From the human T2T-CHM13v2.0 reference genome, Homo sapiens, in the NCBI RefSeq assembly GCF_009914755.1, contig NC_060930.1: 64,000 nt of DNA. One strand, written 5' to 3'. The notes under the pieces are model-generated. The model searched no databases, was not told the DNA's origin, and saw only the letters and a program-made list of their open reading frames with translations. The position numbers and the translations under genes are program-made. This document shows positions 15,201-28,511 of this stretch, one piece after another (position 1 is the stretch's first letter; each line of letters starts with the position of its first letter).

Positions 15201-15811
15201 AATTGGACTGACAATGACAGCAGGCAGTTGCATCCCCAAGCCTGGGGAGGGTTTAAGTTAGAGATATAAATTTGAGGCTCACCCATCATATAGATGGATT
15301 TTAAAGCCACATGATTGAATGAGATCATGCGTGTCATCTCAACGTCACTTAGAATATGACATGGCTAAGAATCAGCTCTGGAATCAGAATGATGTCAATT
15401 TGAATTCAAACTCTATCGTCACTGGATTTTCTCAGATGTTCTAAGCCCTGATTCCCTCATGTGTAACCTAGAGATGATACTAATCATGTTGACTACACTG
15501 ATCTTATGTACGGATTAGATTCAGTAACGTAAGGAAAGCCCTTACACCAGTGCCTGATATCAACTCTTATAAATAAGAGTTATTATCATTATCATAGTTT
15601 TATGATATTATTAGTAGTCAAAGATAGCCAGAGCCTAGAAAATTAGGCTTCTAAGACCCAAAAGCAAAGAGACCTGAATTGTACTAAAAAGACAACTTAT
15701 TAATTGTAGGAGAAGATACAGTGGCATCTTATGTGAAATAGGTATATAAACCATGACTCTGAATTACTGTGGCTTTCCTTTTACAGATACATTTATTCGG
15801 AGTACTAAAAA

Positions 15812-15925
15812 TTTTTTTTTTTTTTTTTTGTAGAGACAGGGTCTCATGTATTGACCAGGCTGGTCTCCAACTCCTGGCCTCAGTGTCCCAAAGTGCTGGG
15901 ATTCAGGTGTGAGCCCCCATTCCCT
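15812..15925 (-). mobile_element. Alu left arm / FLAM-like fragment
   Basis: Poly(T), then gtagagacagggtctc...cccaaagtgctgggatt. Confidence 0.85.
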
Positions 15926-16933
15926 ACCTCAAATGGTTTCTAATCAGGCCAATTCTCCTGACCTGTAACACAGCCTGCCCTAGCTCTCAGAATTCTGCTG
16001 CAGAATGGGCTAGCAGTCAAGTTTGTTCTTCTCCATGAGAAGGTTTAGCACCTGGAGAGTTGAGAGGTAAGTTTGATGTACATGAGGACTGTTCCTCTGG
16101 TTTGTGAATAACCAGCCAGGGAGTAAAAAAAAGATGCCAGACAACCCTCACAAAGGAAAGAAGGAAGGGAAAGACAGATCCACAAAACGATTCTAAAGGA
16201 ACATTATTAGCAAATCCTTTAAAATACCAAAACTGAGTGTGCAGGGCAAGACCAAGATAGAAACAGAATGCTTGCCTGGGGACAAACTATGGAGACATCA
16301 GCATGTGCCTGTCGTGAGTGAGCTGCTGATGAGTCAGGAATGAGCACAGCCCCAGGGTGACTCCGAGACCCTGTGCACCCGTCACCACTCACTCCTAGTT
16401 GGCCTGGGAACAGAGCCCCATCCTCCATTAATTGTTCACCTCTCATTAAGCATTTTTGCATCAGGCAGCCATTCCTTTCCAAGAGCTCAATTGCAGGGTT
16501 ATGTAAGGTTCTCCTGTATTCCTGGCCGGAGAACTGAGACCAGCTGCCTGTCCAGGGCGCTCCCTTCCTAGGCGGTAGGTCACTCCAGGAAACCAAACGG
16601 CAGATTACAAAGCCTAGAAAACACAGCAGGGGAGTAGAAGAGGCTGGATGTCCTCCCAGGCTGCTCTCAACTGTAGAGAGCAGAAAATTCTCTGCTTCCT
16701 GAACCCCGAGTATGAAATCAAATCTCCCCATCCCCAGGTTGGTGTGAAGGACCTTTCAGCCAAGTCTCTCCACGACCACCTTGGATGATATCAAAGCTCT
16801 TCCCATTGTTCTTCTGCTTCCAGAGCCTTCTCCCACACAAGTTCCCAACCCTTTCACCATGTGAAAAACTCCACCATCCAAAGATTCTATTCCAAACAGC
16901 TGTTCCTGGATGCGAGGAGGGATCCATCTAGAA

Positions 16934-17099
16934 CAGTGATTCTCAACCCTGGCTGCGCTTTGCAGCCTCCAGGGGAGACTTTAAAAGTGCTGATGTCCAG
17001 TCTCCACCCCAGGCTCTCTGGGAATGCGGCTCAGGCACCAGTATTGTTTTTAAGTTCTTCAAGTGTTTTGACTGTGCAGCTGCATTTTAAAACTAATTG
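16934..17099. mobile_element. hAT-Charlie MITE (MER5-like)
   Basis: Terminus cagtgattctcaaccctggctgc and a MER5-like interior. Confidence 0.7.
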
Positions 17100-17222
17100 T
17101 TTTCGACTATAAATTCCCTTCAGTATACTAAAGCCATTGCCGACCCTCAGGGTTGTTTTTCTAAGAACGCATGATACGACTGTCATCGTGATAGTTGCTA
17201 TAAGTTCCTTCCTCTCTCCCTC

Positions 17223-17621
17223 TGTTAAAAGATACACCTTAGACAAATAAAATTTAACCGAGTTTAATTGCGCAAATAATGATTCGTGGATCAGGCAGCC
17301 CTTGAACCAGAATAGGTTGAGAGGGGCTCCAGCATAGCCACATGGTGGAAGACTCATGGACAGTAAAAGGAGAGTGATGGACAGGAAACAGAAGTGAGGT
17401 ACAGAAACAGCTGGATTGGTCACAATCTGGTGTTTGCCTTACTTGAACAGGGCTTGAACAGTTGGCCCCCTGTGATTGGCCAAAATTTGGTGATTGGCAC
17501 AATAATAGATTACAGTCTGTTTACATGTCCAGGTGGGTGACCATTTACTGTGTACAGAGAAACCTTTAGGCTGAACTTAAAATATGTAGGGAGATAGCTT
17601 TAGGGCTAAACTTAATTTAAC
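17223..17621 (-). mobile_element. ERV1 solo LTR (MER57-like)
   Basis: Reverse complement starts gttaaattaagtttagccctaaagct and ends ttttaaca. About 400 bp, with three CCAAT boxes. Confidence 0.8.
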
Positions 17622-17740
17622 TCCCTCCCTTCCTCCCTCCCTTCCTTCCTTCTTTCCTTCCTTCCTTCCTTCCTCCCCTCCTTCCTTCCTTCTTTCCTTC
17701 CTCTCTTCCTTTTCTTCCTCCCTTCCTTCTTTTCTTCCCT
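17622..17740. repeat. (TTCC/TCCC)n polypyrimidine tract
   Basis: About 120 bp of C and T only. Confidence 0.95.
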
Positions 17741-19396
17741 GACAACAGTGAAGAGGACAGATCACATCACTAGGCCTGAGCTCAGCATAATGGAAGCCAG
17801 GCCCCACCTAACATACTTCCATTAAAATCTAAACCACTACATGGCCCCTAAAAAAAAAGTCTCTAAAAGAGCAGAGGAGCTAGGAAAGGGCCCAAAGCTG
17901 ATGAAAGACTCCAAGTGAGGGGGAAAAGATACCCTGCTGCAAAGGCGGATAGGAAAAGACAAGAGAATGCCTCCCCTCTTTGGAGAATTTTTCTGTCAAA
18001 ATGCCTTTTTTAGAATATTTATTTATTTATTTTAGTGTCTCTCATTCAGCTCTTTGGCTGGCCCATTGTCCAAGGCAACATCTTCCTATTATTCTATTAT
18101 CTGTCAGATGGCTACTGCAATTGTAGAAGACAACGCATGAGAAGGATCGGGCTTCACTTTTCTGCAAATGGTTGGTTCAAAATAAGCCACCAGAGGTGAC
18201 CTGGTCATTGTACCCCTCCTAAAAAATGATACCAAGATGAACTTGAGAGCTTGCCAGCCTCTTTCCCTTCCCTGTGCCTCTGTTTCCCTACCTATAACAC
18301 AGACATGGCAAATTTGGACATCCGAACACCACTGGGTGAAGATGAATGGTTCAAGTTTTAATCATCCTCGTTTGCAACATCTGAACATTTATCCACATAT
18401 GTTTCCCCAGCACTCACTTGCCATCCCCTCCCCCTCTTTTTTTATTCATTTCTGAAAGCTTCTATTATCAATCACTGCATGAGGTAAATTTTCAAATCAG
18501 CAGTCAGGGTTTTTAAGCTGCATGACTCCTATTATAGCCAAAAGGAGGCAGGTGACCAACACTGATGCAGTCTCGAAAAATCCCCTCTGCAGCCTCCTTC
18601 CTTAGTGTTCGTTCATTCATTTTCAGGGCATGCATTGAGGCTGGGTTTAACAAAGCCTTCACCGAGGATCAGTCTACCTTTCACAGAGGGCCCAAGGGAA
18701 CAGGGAAGTGGAGACACTGATCTGGAAAAGAGAGAAAGGCAGGAGAGTGGGTTTGGAGAGCATTTCTTAGGCATTTTGTCACACCTTCCAGCCAGCTCCA
18801 TTAGGGAGAACTGGGGTGTGTCAAAATTGGGTGCCTGGTTCTCTCTCCATCATTCCTGCTTCTCTTTTCCCTTTCATAGCAGTGTCCCTAAGGGATGCCT
18901 TGCACCCACTGGCAAAGCCATCCCTATACGAAAGTCCCCAACTCCACACTTCAGCAGCTCTGGAGCCCTCGGGCTCTGCCTGACTGTCCACTGTGGTGGC
19001 ACGAGCTTACTCTCCTCCACTCCGGTCTCCCGAGTTCTCATTTCATCCACATGTGTGTCTGACCCTGCTCTACACCTGGACACTGTGTTGTCTATGACCC
19101 CTATAGGTAAACAGGATCTCCCTGTCTGTTGGACACGTGGGTGATCTTGACACAAACACCCAATTCTAGGCCTCTGAACGTCCAAATTCTTTCTTCTAAT
19201 TTCAGCCAACTGAAGGGCCTTACCCTCCCCTGATGCCCTCTGCTTCTGGATTCCACACCTTCACATACTGCTTCTGGGCTGTGTCCTATTGGCTCCCTAC
19301 TGTATTCAACGTCACTGTCACAAAATAACTAACAAGTGCTACAGAGAAGGGAACAAGAGGAAAGACTGACATCATGCAGAAATCAAGAATCTATGG

Positions 19397-19785
<389 letters not shown>

Positions 19786-20937
19786 TCAGGAGGCTGTCTC
19801 TTTGCCTGCCTTCTCCAACCCTGCACCCAGCCTCTTTGCCTCTGCAGGACTTCCCCAGAAAGTTGAATCTTCTTCCCTTTATAGAGCGGAGCAGTTCAGC
19901 TCAGACTTGTAGGCACACCTGTGCAGCACAGACCAACGTCTCTCCTTGACCACGGCCCACAGCCTTTCTCTGAGGAAAGGGCTCGCCGCAGGCAATTCCC
20001 TATTCAAAGGTCACCATCGGCTAACAGGGGTCTTGCCTCCCTCAACTCATCCAATGTTGAGGTACAGCAACTGAATCAACCAAGAGCGGGCCAGTGGCCT
20101 CTGACAAGTCGGGACAAGAAAACTCTGCCTCGGAGGGAAACTCTAAACTGTGCAGCAACCATTCAAGTCCAATCAGATCCTCTCTCAGAAGCTGGATTGT
20201 GGGAGAGCCTGTCACAGTCTGCAGCAGCTGAAGCAGCCAGGACAGCAGCAAGTAGGCAGAAGGACTTCAAAAGAAGAGACAGAGAGCAGAAGCCATAAGG
20301 CCTAGAAAGCACAAGGAAGCAAAAGTCATGAGGTTGGGAACAAGAAACAGGCAAGGCAGCAACAGCAAGTGGCAGTCACGGCAAGGAAGAGACCACACAA
20401 GGGGATTTGGAATGAATGAAGCCACCGTTTTCGTACGAGGCCTTAGTTACTGAGCTGCAGACTCGGGGTTCTGTGCAACCTTACCTCCCTGTGCATGCAT
20501 GCAGTGCACCCCCATTGTCTCTGGTCTAGAGACCTTCTCTGCCCCTCACAACCTCAAGCAGTGGGCTCCGGGCCCCTACTCTGTGCAAACTCTGCTGGCC
20601 TATTTCACAGGACTCACCATGTCCCCCAAACTCCTTACCCTTTGGGTAGAGATCCGTCTTACTCAGGTTCACATCCTCATGTTCACAGCTCCTCCCACAC
20701 AGTCAACACTTAGAGCTTGACTTCCTTCCAGCCCAGCCCTCTACATGGTGCCTATGACTTTAACCTAATTGCCTGTATTTCCTCCCTGTATGAGAATAGA
20801 TACCCAAATACAAGATTTCCAACCTATTCCCTCCAGATGACAAACAAGCTACAAGAGACAGTGTAGACTAGAAGAACAACTGCCTGGACCCGTGGGAAGA
20901 AGGTGGAACAAGACCTTGCAGTAAAAACAAAAGCTGT

Positions 20938-21291
20938 CAGTTGATCTAATGGCGGTAGAGAGTAGAAGGGTGGTTACCAGAGGCTGGAAAGGGTAGTGGG
21001 GAGTGGGGATGAAGAGAGACTGATTAATGAGTACAAACATACAGGTAGATAGAAGGAATAAGTTCTAGTGTTTGATGGCACAGTAGGGTGACTGTAGTAA
21101 ATAATTGAGTGTATATTGCAAAATAGCTAGAAGATTTGCAATGTTCCCAACACAAAAACATGATCAATGTTTGAGGTGAGGAATATCCCAATTACCTTGA
21201 TTTGATCATTACACATTGTGTGCCACTATCAAATATCAAATGTACTTCATCAACATGTACAATTAGTGTGTATCAATATAAAATATTTTTT
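20938..21291 (+). mobile_element. L1MA-type 3' end, 5'-truncated
   Basis: gagagtagaagggtggttaccagaggctgg...ttgatcattacacattgt. Flanked by aaagctgt at 20930-20937 and 21292-21299 (probable TSD). Confidence 0.88.
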
Positions 21292-21473
21292 AAAGCTGTG
21301 ATTCCTGCTCCTACACCCCTGGGCAGCCATCCCACCTTTGCAGCAATGAGGTAGAGAGCTGGGGGGAACTATCAGGTTCTCCTGTGTTCAGATAAAATGT
21401 AGCATGGTTGTGATTGAAAGGCCTCAAGTTTTCTAGTTCCATTTTGTTCTATTCCCCACAAAAAACAACTACA

Positions 21474-21802
<329 letters not shown>

Positions 21803-21809
21803 TCAGCAG

Positions 21810-22103
21810 GGCTGGGCATAGTGGCTCACGCCTGTAATCCCAGCACTTTGAGAGGTCCAGGCATGCAGATCACTTCACGCCAGGAGTTTGAGACCAACCT
21901 GGCCAACATGGTGAAACCCTGTCTCTACTAAAAATACAAAAATTAGTGAGGCATGGTGGTGTGCGCCTGTAGTCCCAGCTACTCAGGAAGCTGAGACACG
22001 AGAATCACTTGAACCAGGAGGCAGAGGCTGCAGTGAGCCAAGATCATGCCACTGTACTCCAGCCTGGGCGACAGAACAAGACTGTCTCAAACAAAAAATT
22101 TAA
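21810..22103 (+). mobile_element. Alu SINE (AluS-type)
   Basis: Both arms and a short A-rich tail. Confidence 0.95.
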
Positions 22104-24931
22104 AAATGATATATATATATAACACAGATGGAGAGAAAATAAATCAATGAAACTATGGAGCAAAGAAGAGAAAAATCTCAGCAAGCAGTCAGACTGACCC
22201 TTTCTGCTCAGTGTGGCTGAAACCAAAGCAATGAGGCTGGCACTTTGCCTCCTGTCAGAAAGGCTACGTGTGTTTAAAGGACAGCAGCATTCAGAGATTT
22301 TCTCTGCAGGAGGTCTTGCTCTCTTCTCCTGCTGAAAATGTCTGACTCGATTCATAACCAATATCTAAATATAGTCATGTTGGTTATTTCATGCACTATT
22401 TACATGCATAATCGTAATCTCAATTGAGTCTCAACTTCAGAAACACAGTTTATTACAGTGGGATTAGAGTACACAAACTCCTATATTCTGCATTCCACAG
22501 CCATCTTCCTTCTCTACTTACCATTAACTAGAGTGCTTCCACAGCTTATTCTCCAGTGGAAACCAGTAAGAGCCTCCGAAGGAAGGCCAAGTAGTGGAGG
22601 CGTGACCTCCCAGAGCCGACCACTGTCTCTCCGCTGACCCAGCAAACAGCCTACATGATAGTCACAAATAATATGGCCCCATGGGCATACGCGTGGGCCA
22701 AGTGTATACCCGCCCCTTCCTTCCTCTCCCACTCAAGAAAGCAGATCAGAATGCAAGAATCTAAAAACAGCATTGTTATGGAAGCACACTCTAAAATATA
22801 TTGTAATTTATCAACAAAGTAAATTATTCAAAACTGTGATACTCTGTTATTAGCTAGCAAATTCCTTTTCATACCCAGAGTGGAACACAATGGTTGAACA
22901 CTGCTTTCTTAGACACAACTTTGAATGCCAACCACTTGAATTGTTGATGTCTGACAAGTGACAAAAATGATAAATGCTAGTGTAAATCAACTCATAGAAG
23001 ATCCAAGCACTTTAGAGAAAAACAAAATATCTCTCTCTTTCTCAGAACATGCTTACCAGAACCCCACACTCTTCAGTAACAATAACAAGTGTATGATCAC
23101 CCAACAAAGGCTCTATCACTCTCTAAGCAAAATAAACAGGATAAAACGTGACAATTTTATCATTATGGATTATTTTAATTTTTATTATTTGTGTTTTACA
23201 AACTTTCTGATTCCCTATGAACATCCTTTACCTTTTTAAGGGATAATGTTTAAAATGTTATGTAAAAAATGGAATATATTTTCAACACAAGGAATGGAAA
23301 GTCATGAAATTTAATGAGATTCTAGAAGACATTGGCTTGCTTCAAAGATTTATGCAAGAACATATCTGTAGCAATGAGGAAAGAAGGCATTTTAAAAAGA
23401 CCTCCAAAGAGAAAAAAATTGCTATCACTTTTTTACTGGAAGATGTGACAGATATTGTAACAAAATTCCCACGGTCCCAAAAAACCATTAAAAGATACCT
23501 CTTTCTGAATGCCTATAATCTGAAACAAGACTAATTGGATCTGTACAAGTCATCCATCAGCTAAGTTCCTCTAAGTGAAAGACACTTGTCTTTAGAAAAA
23601 GCATGTCCCCAAATTGGAAATATGAATTGATCAAAGGTACATAGGCACAACACCAAAATCTATTTGGTCACTGAAAAAAAAAGGGTTTCTCCAGTTCTGG
23701 GCTTGGGATATTTCTTTCCAATCATTTGGGAAGCAGTTGAATCAAGTCCGGGGGTTAAAATACTGAAAGTCCAGAGGGCAGCATTTCCATACAACTCACA
23801 CATTTCTCCTGCTGAAGTGAGCTTTGAAGTTGAGTGGCAGCCAAGATAGAGGGGTAGAAAAAAAAGAGAAAGAGTTACATAGGGGCTGGTAGTCACTCAA
23901 AGGAAGAACAACAAGAATTAAGAGAAAGAAAAAGAAAAGGGAGGTGAAAATGGATTAAAACAAAGCCAGGGAGGTCCAGCCTTCTCCCTCATTGCCAAGG
24001 TTGGGAAGATGATGGAAGTTTGTCCTGCAAACTCATCAGGACTGGGGGCAGTAATTTACCAAGGTCAAAGGGCAAGGGCAGGCCCCCTCAGTGACCCAGC
24101 CTTTGCAATGAAAACATTCCAAAGAAACTTAAGCAGACAGAATGTGTAGATATTTGTGCACCACAGCTGGGGGAAGCCTCCACAACCTTTCCCAGTCTTA
24201 GTCCTGTCAAATGACAAATGTCTCTTTTATGTAAGGATCAAACAGTGTTGGAGGCAGTAACATAAGCAAAATCTTCAGTGACATTGATTTTGCATGTTAG
24301 CAGAGTTGCTTCTAAAGAGGAACTCCCACGACTGCCAGAGAGTTTCTTAACCTGAAAACTGCAATTGTGCAACTCACTTAACAGCCAAATATAGGCCAAC
24401 AGGAACAAATTCATCCAACCTTTCTGACAGCGTCACGTTGACACTTCAATTACCTGATAACTGCAGCAATGTTTTCCTAGCTGAGCAGGAAAACTTCAAA
24501 AAAAAAGCTTAACCTTTTTCCTCTTTAGCTTCCGCTAACCATCCACATCTGCTTTCCTGGCTAAGTCTCCATAGCAGCTATTATCAACACATGAATGGAA
24601 TTCAAAAAAAAAAAAGAGACCCAGAACTGAATTCAAATTCTGGCTCTACTATTTTCCAAGGGCGTGTCCTAGGGCAAGTCACCTAAACTCTATGATCTTC
24701 CGTTTTAAGTTGCTATGAAAAAGTAAATAATATAAGAAATGTTTGGAAGACAAAGATGCTCCAATGATTGTTGTCATGCCAATGGTAACAAAAGTAAATA
24801 AGGATTGGGCTTACTCTATGACAACACGAAAAGTATATTTCTTCTCACCTAAGTAAAACACTTGCTACCTCCTGAACACGATTATAAGTCGCCAACCTCT
24901 CTTTAGTTTTATGTAAAAATATTCTGCTCCA

Positions 24932-25228
24932 GGCTGGGTGCAGTGGCTCACACCTGCAATCTCAGCACTTTAAGAGTCCGAGGCAAGAGGAGCGCTTGAG
25001 TTCAGGAGTTTGAGACCAGTCTGAACAACATAGGGAGACCTCATCTCTATAAATAATTTTCCAATATTTGTCAGGTGTGGTGGTGCACGCGTGTGGTACC
25101 AGCTACTTAGGAGGCTGAGGCAAGAGGATCACCTGAGCCCAGGAGGTTGAGGCTGCAGTGAGCCATGATTGCCCCACTGCACCCCAGCCTGGGTGGCACA
25201 GCAAGACCCTGTCTCAAAAAAAAAAAAA
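24932..25228 (+). mobile_element. Alu SINE (AluJ-type)
   Basis: Both arms and poly(A). TSD-like attctgctcca / attctactcca. Confidence 0.95.
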
Positions 25229-25708
25229 TTCTACTCCAATTGTATTGAAAGATTCTCAAGGGAAAATTAATGTTTAATCTGATGTCATCATTCTCTCAAT
25301 ATAAACAAAAACCAATAGTCAGATTTTGTATATTCAAGGAATAATTACAAGTGATTAATATAAAGATAATGTCAATGATGAAAAAAATATGCTATGGTCA
25401 GCATTGTTTTGGTTTTGGTTTTTCCTAGTCTAAGATGGCAGTAGAGCATATAGCAAATATCTCTGGGCACCACTCTCTTTTATACAGATTTCCATTAAAG
25501 CAATGGGAGTCCCTTTACTGCATTGGTTTGTTTGTTCTTCCTAGAACAGAAGCTCCCGTGAGTGAAATTAACTTCTGAGCCAACTTCGTATACCTAGTAT
25601 CACATGGTAGGCCAGGCTGGATAGGCAGATGGTCAGTCCACCTGCATTGGTAGGCAAAGTAAGACACAATCTTAAAAAGAACACTATTTTATAAGTTTAT
25701 ATTATGCT

Positions 25709-25950
25709 TGTATCTGTTAAGATTAGGCTCAGCTGCAACCATCAAAACTCTAGCAAAATGGTTTAATCAAAATAGAGAGGTATTTCTCTCTCACGTGGAA
25801 ATCTAGAGCTAGTCTGTCCACAGCTCCACAGTGCCAGGGATGCATGTGCCTTGCATCTTACTGTTCTATTGTGTGTGGCTTTTATTATCAAGTTAACATC
25901 TTGGAATCCAGGCCTTACAATCACAATCCAGGTAGCAGGAAGGTAGGAGA
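25709..25950 (-). mobile_element. Old MaLR (MLT1) LTR fragment
   Basis: tgtatctgttaagattaggctcagctgca...atggtttaatcaaaatagag resembles the antisense 3' end of old MLT1 elements. Confidence 0.55.
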
Positions 25951-26009
25951 ACAGTGCACATGGGTATAGGGTAGCAAAATGGGTGGACTCTATCACAGTG
26001 TATAGCTGG

Positions 26010-26372
26010 GCTCTGTGTGTGTCCCCAGTCCTTGTGGGGCCCAGCAGGCATCGCAGCGTGGCAGCCATGTCCAAGCCACGGCCTGGGCATCCTGTCACCT
26101 GCCCAGGTACACGGTCACTCACACTGGGGGCTTTCTGTCGTGTGTGTGTGTCTTCCTGTTGACTGTGCACTTCGTTCGCAGTGCAGAATGTTTCCTGTTC
26201 TCAGTGCGTGAAGACACTGGTTTTCAATCAGTGTCTAAAACCACGTTCCTGCCTTTCACTGCAGTACAGTGTGTTCATTTTTTAAAAATAGAGTTTAATG
26301 AGTAAGTTTAGATCTGACTGGTGAATATCTTAAAACTTTATATTAATAAAAAGTTCTTCCTGGAAAAAAAAA
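26010..26372 (+). pseudogene. Probable retroposed mRNA 3'-UTR fragment; parent gene unknown
   Basis: Non-repeat-like sequence with 9 CpGs in ~250 bp. AATAAA at 26345-26350 and A9 at 26364-26372, then an abrupt switch to MLT1 sequence. The 5' boundary is approximate and no clear TSD is visible. Confidence 0.6.
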
Positions 26373-26544
26373 TCCATTTTTCCCCTTTTCAATAACAGAA
26401 CTTCAATTTTTATTTCAGCTTATTGCCATCCACAACATATATTTCCCAGCCTACCTGGCAGGTAAATGTGGCCATATGACTAGGTTCTGGACAATACAAC
26501 ATAAGCACAAGTATTGTGTGGAATTTCTAGGAAGTTCCTCTGTA

Positions 26545-26547
<3 letters not shown>

Positions 26548-26581
<34 letters not shown>
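26548..26581. repeat. (CA)n microsatellite
   Basis: About 17 CA units. Confidence 0.97.
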
Positions 26582-26583
<2 letters not shown>

Positions 26584-26584
<1 letters not shown>

Positions 26585-26978
26585 CCAGGTGCAGTGGCTC
26601 ATATCCGTAATCCTAGCAACTTTGGGAGGCCAAGGCAGGAGATCAAGGCCAGGATTTCAAGACCAGCCCAGGAAACCAAGCAAGACCCTCTCTCTACAAA
26701 GAATTTAAAAATTAGTCAGGCACAGTACTGTGCAACTGTAGCCTCAGCTACTCGAGAAGCTGAGGCAGGAGGATCACTTAAGCCCAGGAGTTAGAGGCTG
26801 TAGTGAGCTGTGATTGTGCCACTGCACTCCAGTCTGGGTGAGAGAGCAAGAAAGAACAAAAGAATGAAAGAAAGAAGGAAGGAAGGAAGGGGGGAAGGAA
26901 GGAAGGAAGGAGAGAGAAAGAGAGAAAGAAGGAAAGAAGGAAAGAAAGAAATGAAGGAAGGAAAGAAGGAAGGAAGGA
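26584..26978 (+). mobile_element. Alu SINE (AluJ-type) with expanded (GAAG/GAAA)n tail
   Basis: Diverged Alu body to ~26850, then ~130 bp of purine-rich repeat. Confidence 0.92.
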
Positions 26979-28205
26979 ATGATGGCTGGAGCTCTAGCAG
27001 CCATCTTGAATCATGAAGACAATAAAGACAAAAGCTATAACCTAAGAATGACAGATTAATGAACTAGAAGGAAACTGAGTATCTGAAAACCTCATGGAGG
27101 AACCATACCAGCCATAGACTGCAACTCTGAATTTCTTTTATGTAAAAGACACATTTACTTTCATATTTTTATGCCACTTATATAAGATATTTCTGTCTCC
27201 TATAAAGAAGAATCTAATTCTAATCAATACAGTGCTGAAGTAAACTTCCCCACCCCCCGTTCCTCTCTACTGGTTACAAGCAGCAGTCTCTTCCACCAAC
27301 ACTGGCCATTACTGAATCTTCTATCTTACCCTTTCTCACAGGGAGTATCAAATAAAGGACACATAGCCCATAACTTTTATTTTTGCAAACTATGAAAATT
27401 TTATAACAAAGGGAAATAAAACATGAACCATCAACAATTCTCTATACAGCTATTGTGAGATAAAAAAAAATTTAAAGAATTCACCTTCCAGACAGGCATT
27501 TCTGTCACTACCTAACATCTGTGGCCATGTTCTCATTATGTACTTCATAAGGAAGAAAACATATCTTCAGGTAAATGGTTCTTAATTAACTTATGTACTT
27601 GAAAAAATAAACTCAGCAGGAAAAAAAATATATCTATTGCTCTATATTAAAGAGGCAGATTAAAAATCTGCCCTAAAACAGAATTTGCAACTCAGCAGGG
27701 TAAGAAGATGATTCCATTTTACTTCTTATAAATAGAAGTTTAAGGCACACACGTTGTCAAAACAACTTTATAAATAAGCTGGTGCCAACACACTCATGAA
27801 TACTAAAAATGTTTTCCAGGTTCTCAGTTGTCTTCTCTATGATTCTATTGAGGTTATACCTATTCCAATAAACTCAATTCTCACTGAAATTCTTAGTGAG
27901 TCCAGTGTGCCTCCTCGTATAAGATAAAGGGTTTCATAAACTGACACCATGGACAGATGAAGATTAGTCAGCTTTATGAAGCCAGTGACTTGGTAGCTCC
28001 TTTAAGTATTTCTGTAAGGCACTTTGGCCTCCAATGTTCACTCCAGATTCTATGGTGGAGGAGAAAGGCTTGTGGACCTACAGTTTACTTCAATGACTTG
28101 GATTCTTGTCCCAACTCCATTTTCTAACATGTGGTGTAAATTTGAACAAGTGTCTTAATCTCCCCTGCCTCTCCTTTCTATTAAATAAGAATAATACCAA
28201 TTTCA

Positions 28206-28511
28206 GCCAGGCTTGGTGGCTTACACCTGTAGTCCCAGCACTTCAGAGGCCAAGGCAGGTAGATCATCTGAGGTTGGGAGTTTGAGACCAGCCTGGCCAA
28301 CATGACAAAACTCAGTCTCTACTAAAAATACAAAAATTAGCCAGACATGGTGGCGCATGCCTGTAATCCCAGCTACTCAGGAGGCTGAGGCAGGAGAATC
28401 GCTTGAACCCGGAAGGCAGAGGTTGAAGTGAGCCAAGAGCCAAGATCACACCACTGCACTCCAGCCTGGGCAACAGTGCCAGACTCCCTCTCAAAAAAAA
28501 AAAAAAAAAAA
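28206..28511 (+). mobile_element. Alu SINE (AluS-type) inserted in a MIR relic
   Basis: Both arms and poly(A). Internal 7-bp duplication gagccaagagccaag. Confidence 0.96.

Larger units (their letters stand above)
26373..27231 (+). mobile_element. Old MaLR (MLT1) LTR, interrupted by (CA)n and an AluJ
   Basis: atttcccagcctacctggcaggtaaatgtggccatatgactaggttctgg. Resumes after the Alu at gatggctggagctctagcagccatcttg and ends ctaatcaataca. Confidence 0.7.

Noticed and set aside
16219-16731. 170-aa minus-strand ORF
   Set aside because: No similarity to any protein family I recognise. A length like this can occur by chance in 64 kb across six frames.
18605-19144. Longest ORF (179 aa)
   Set aside because: Non-ATG start, no recognisable domain and no supporting exon structure. 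Consistent with a chance ORF.
23304-23534. 76-aa ATG ORF with protein-like charged composition
   Set aside because: I cannot match it to a known protein or transposase. A BLASTX search would be needed, and A-rich DNA alone can give this composition.
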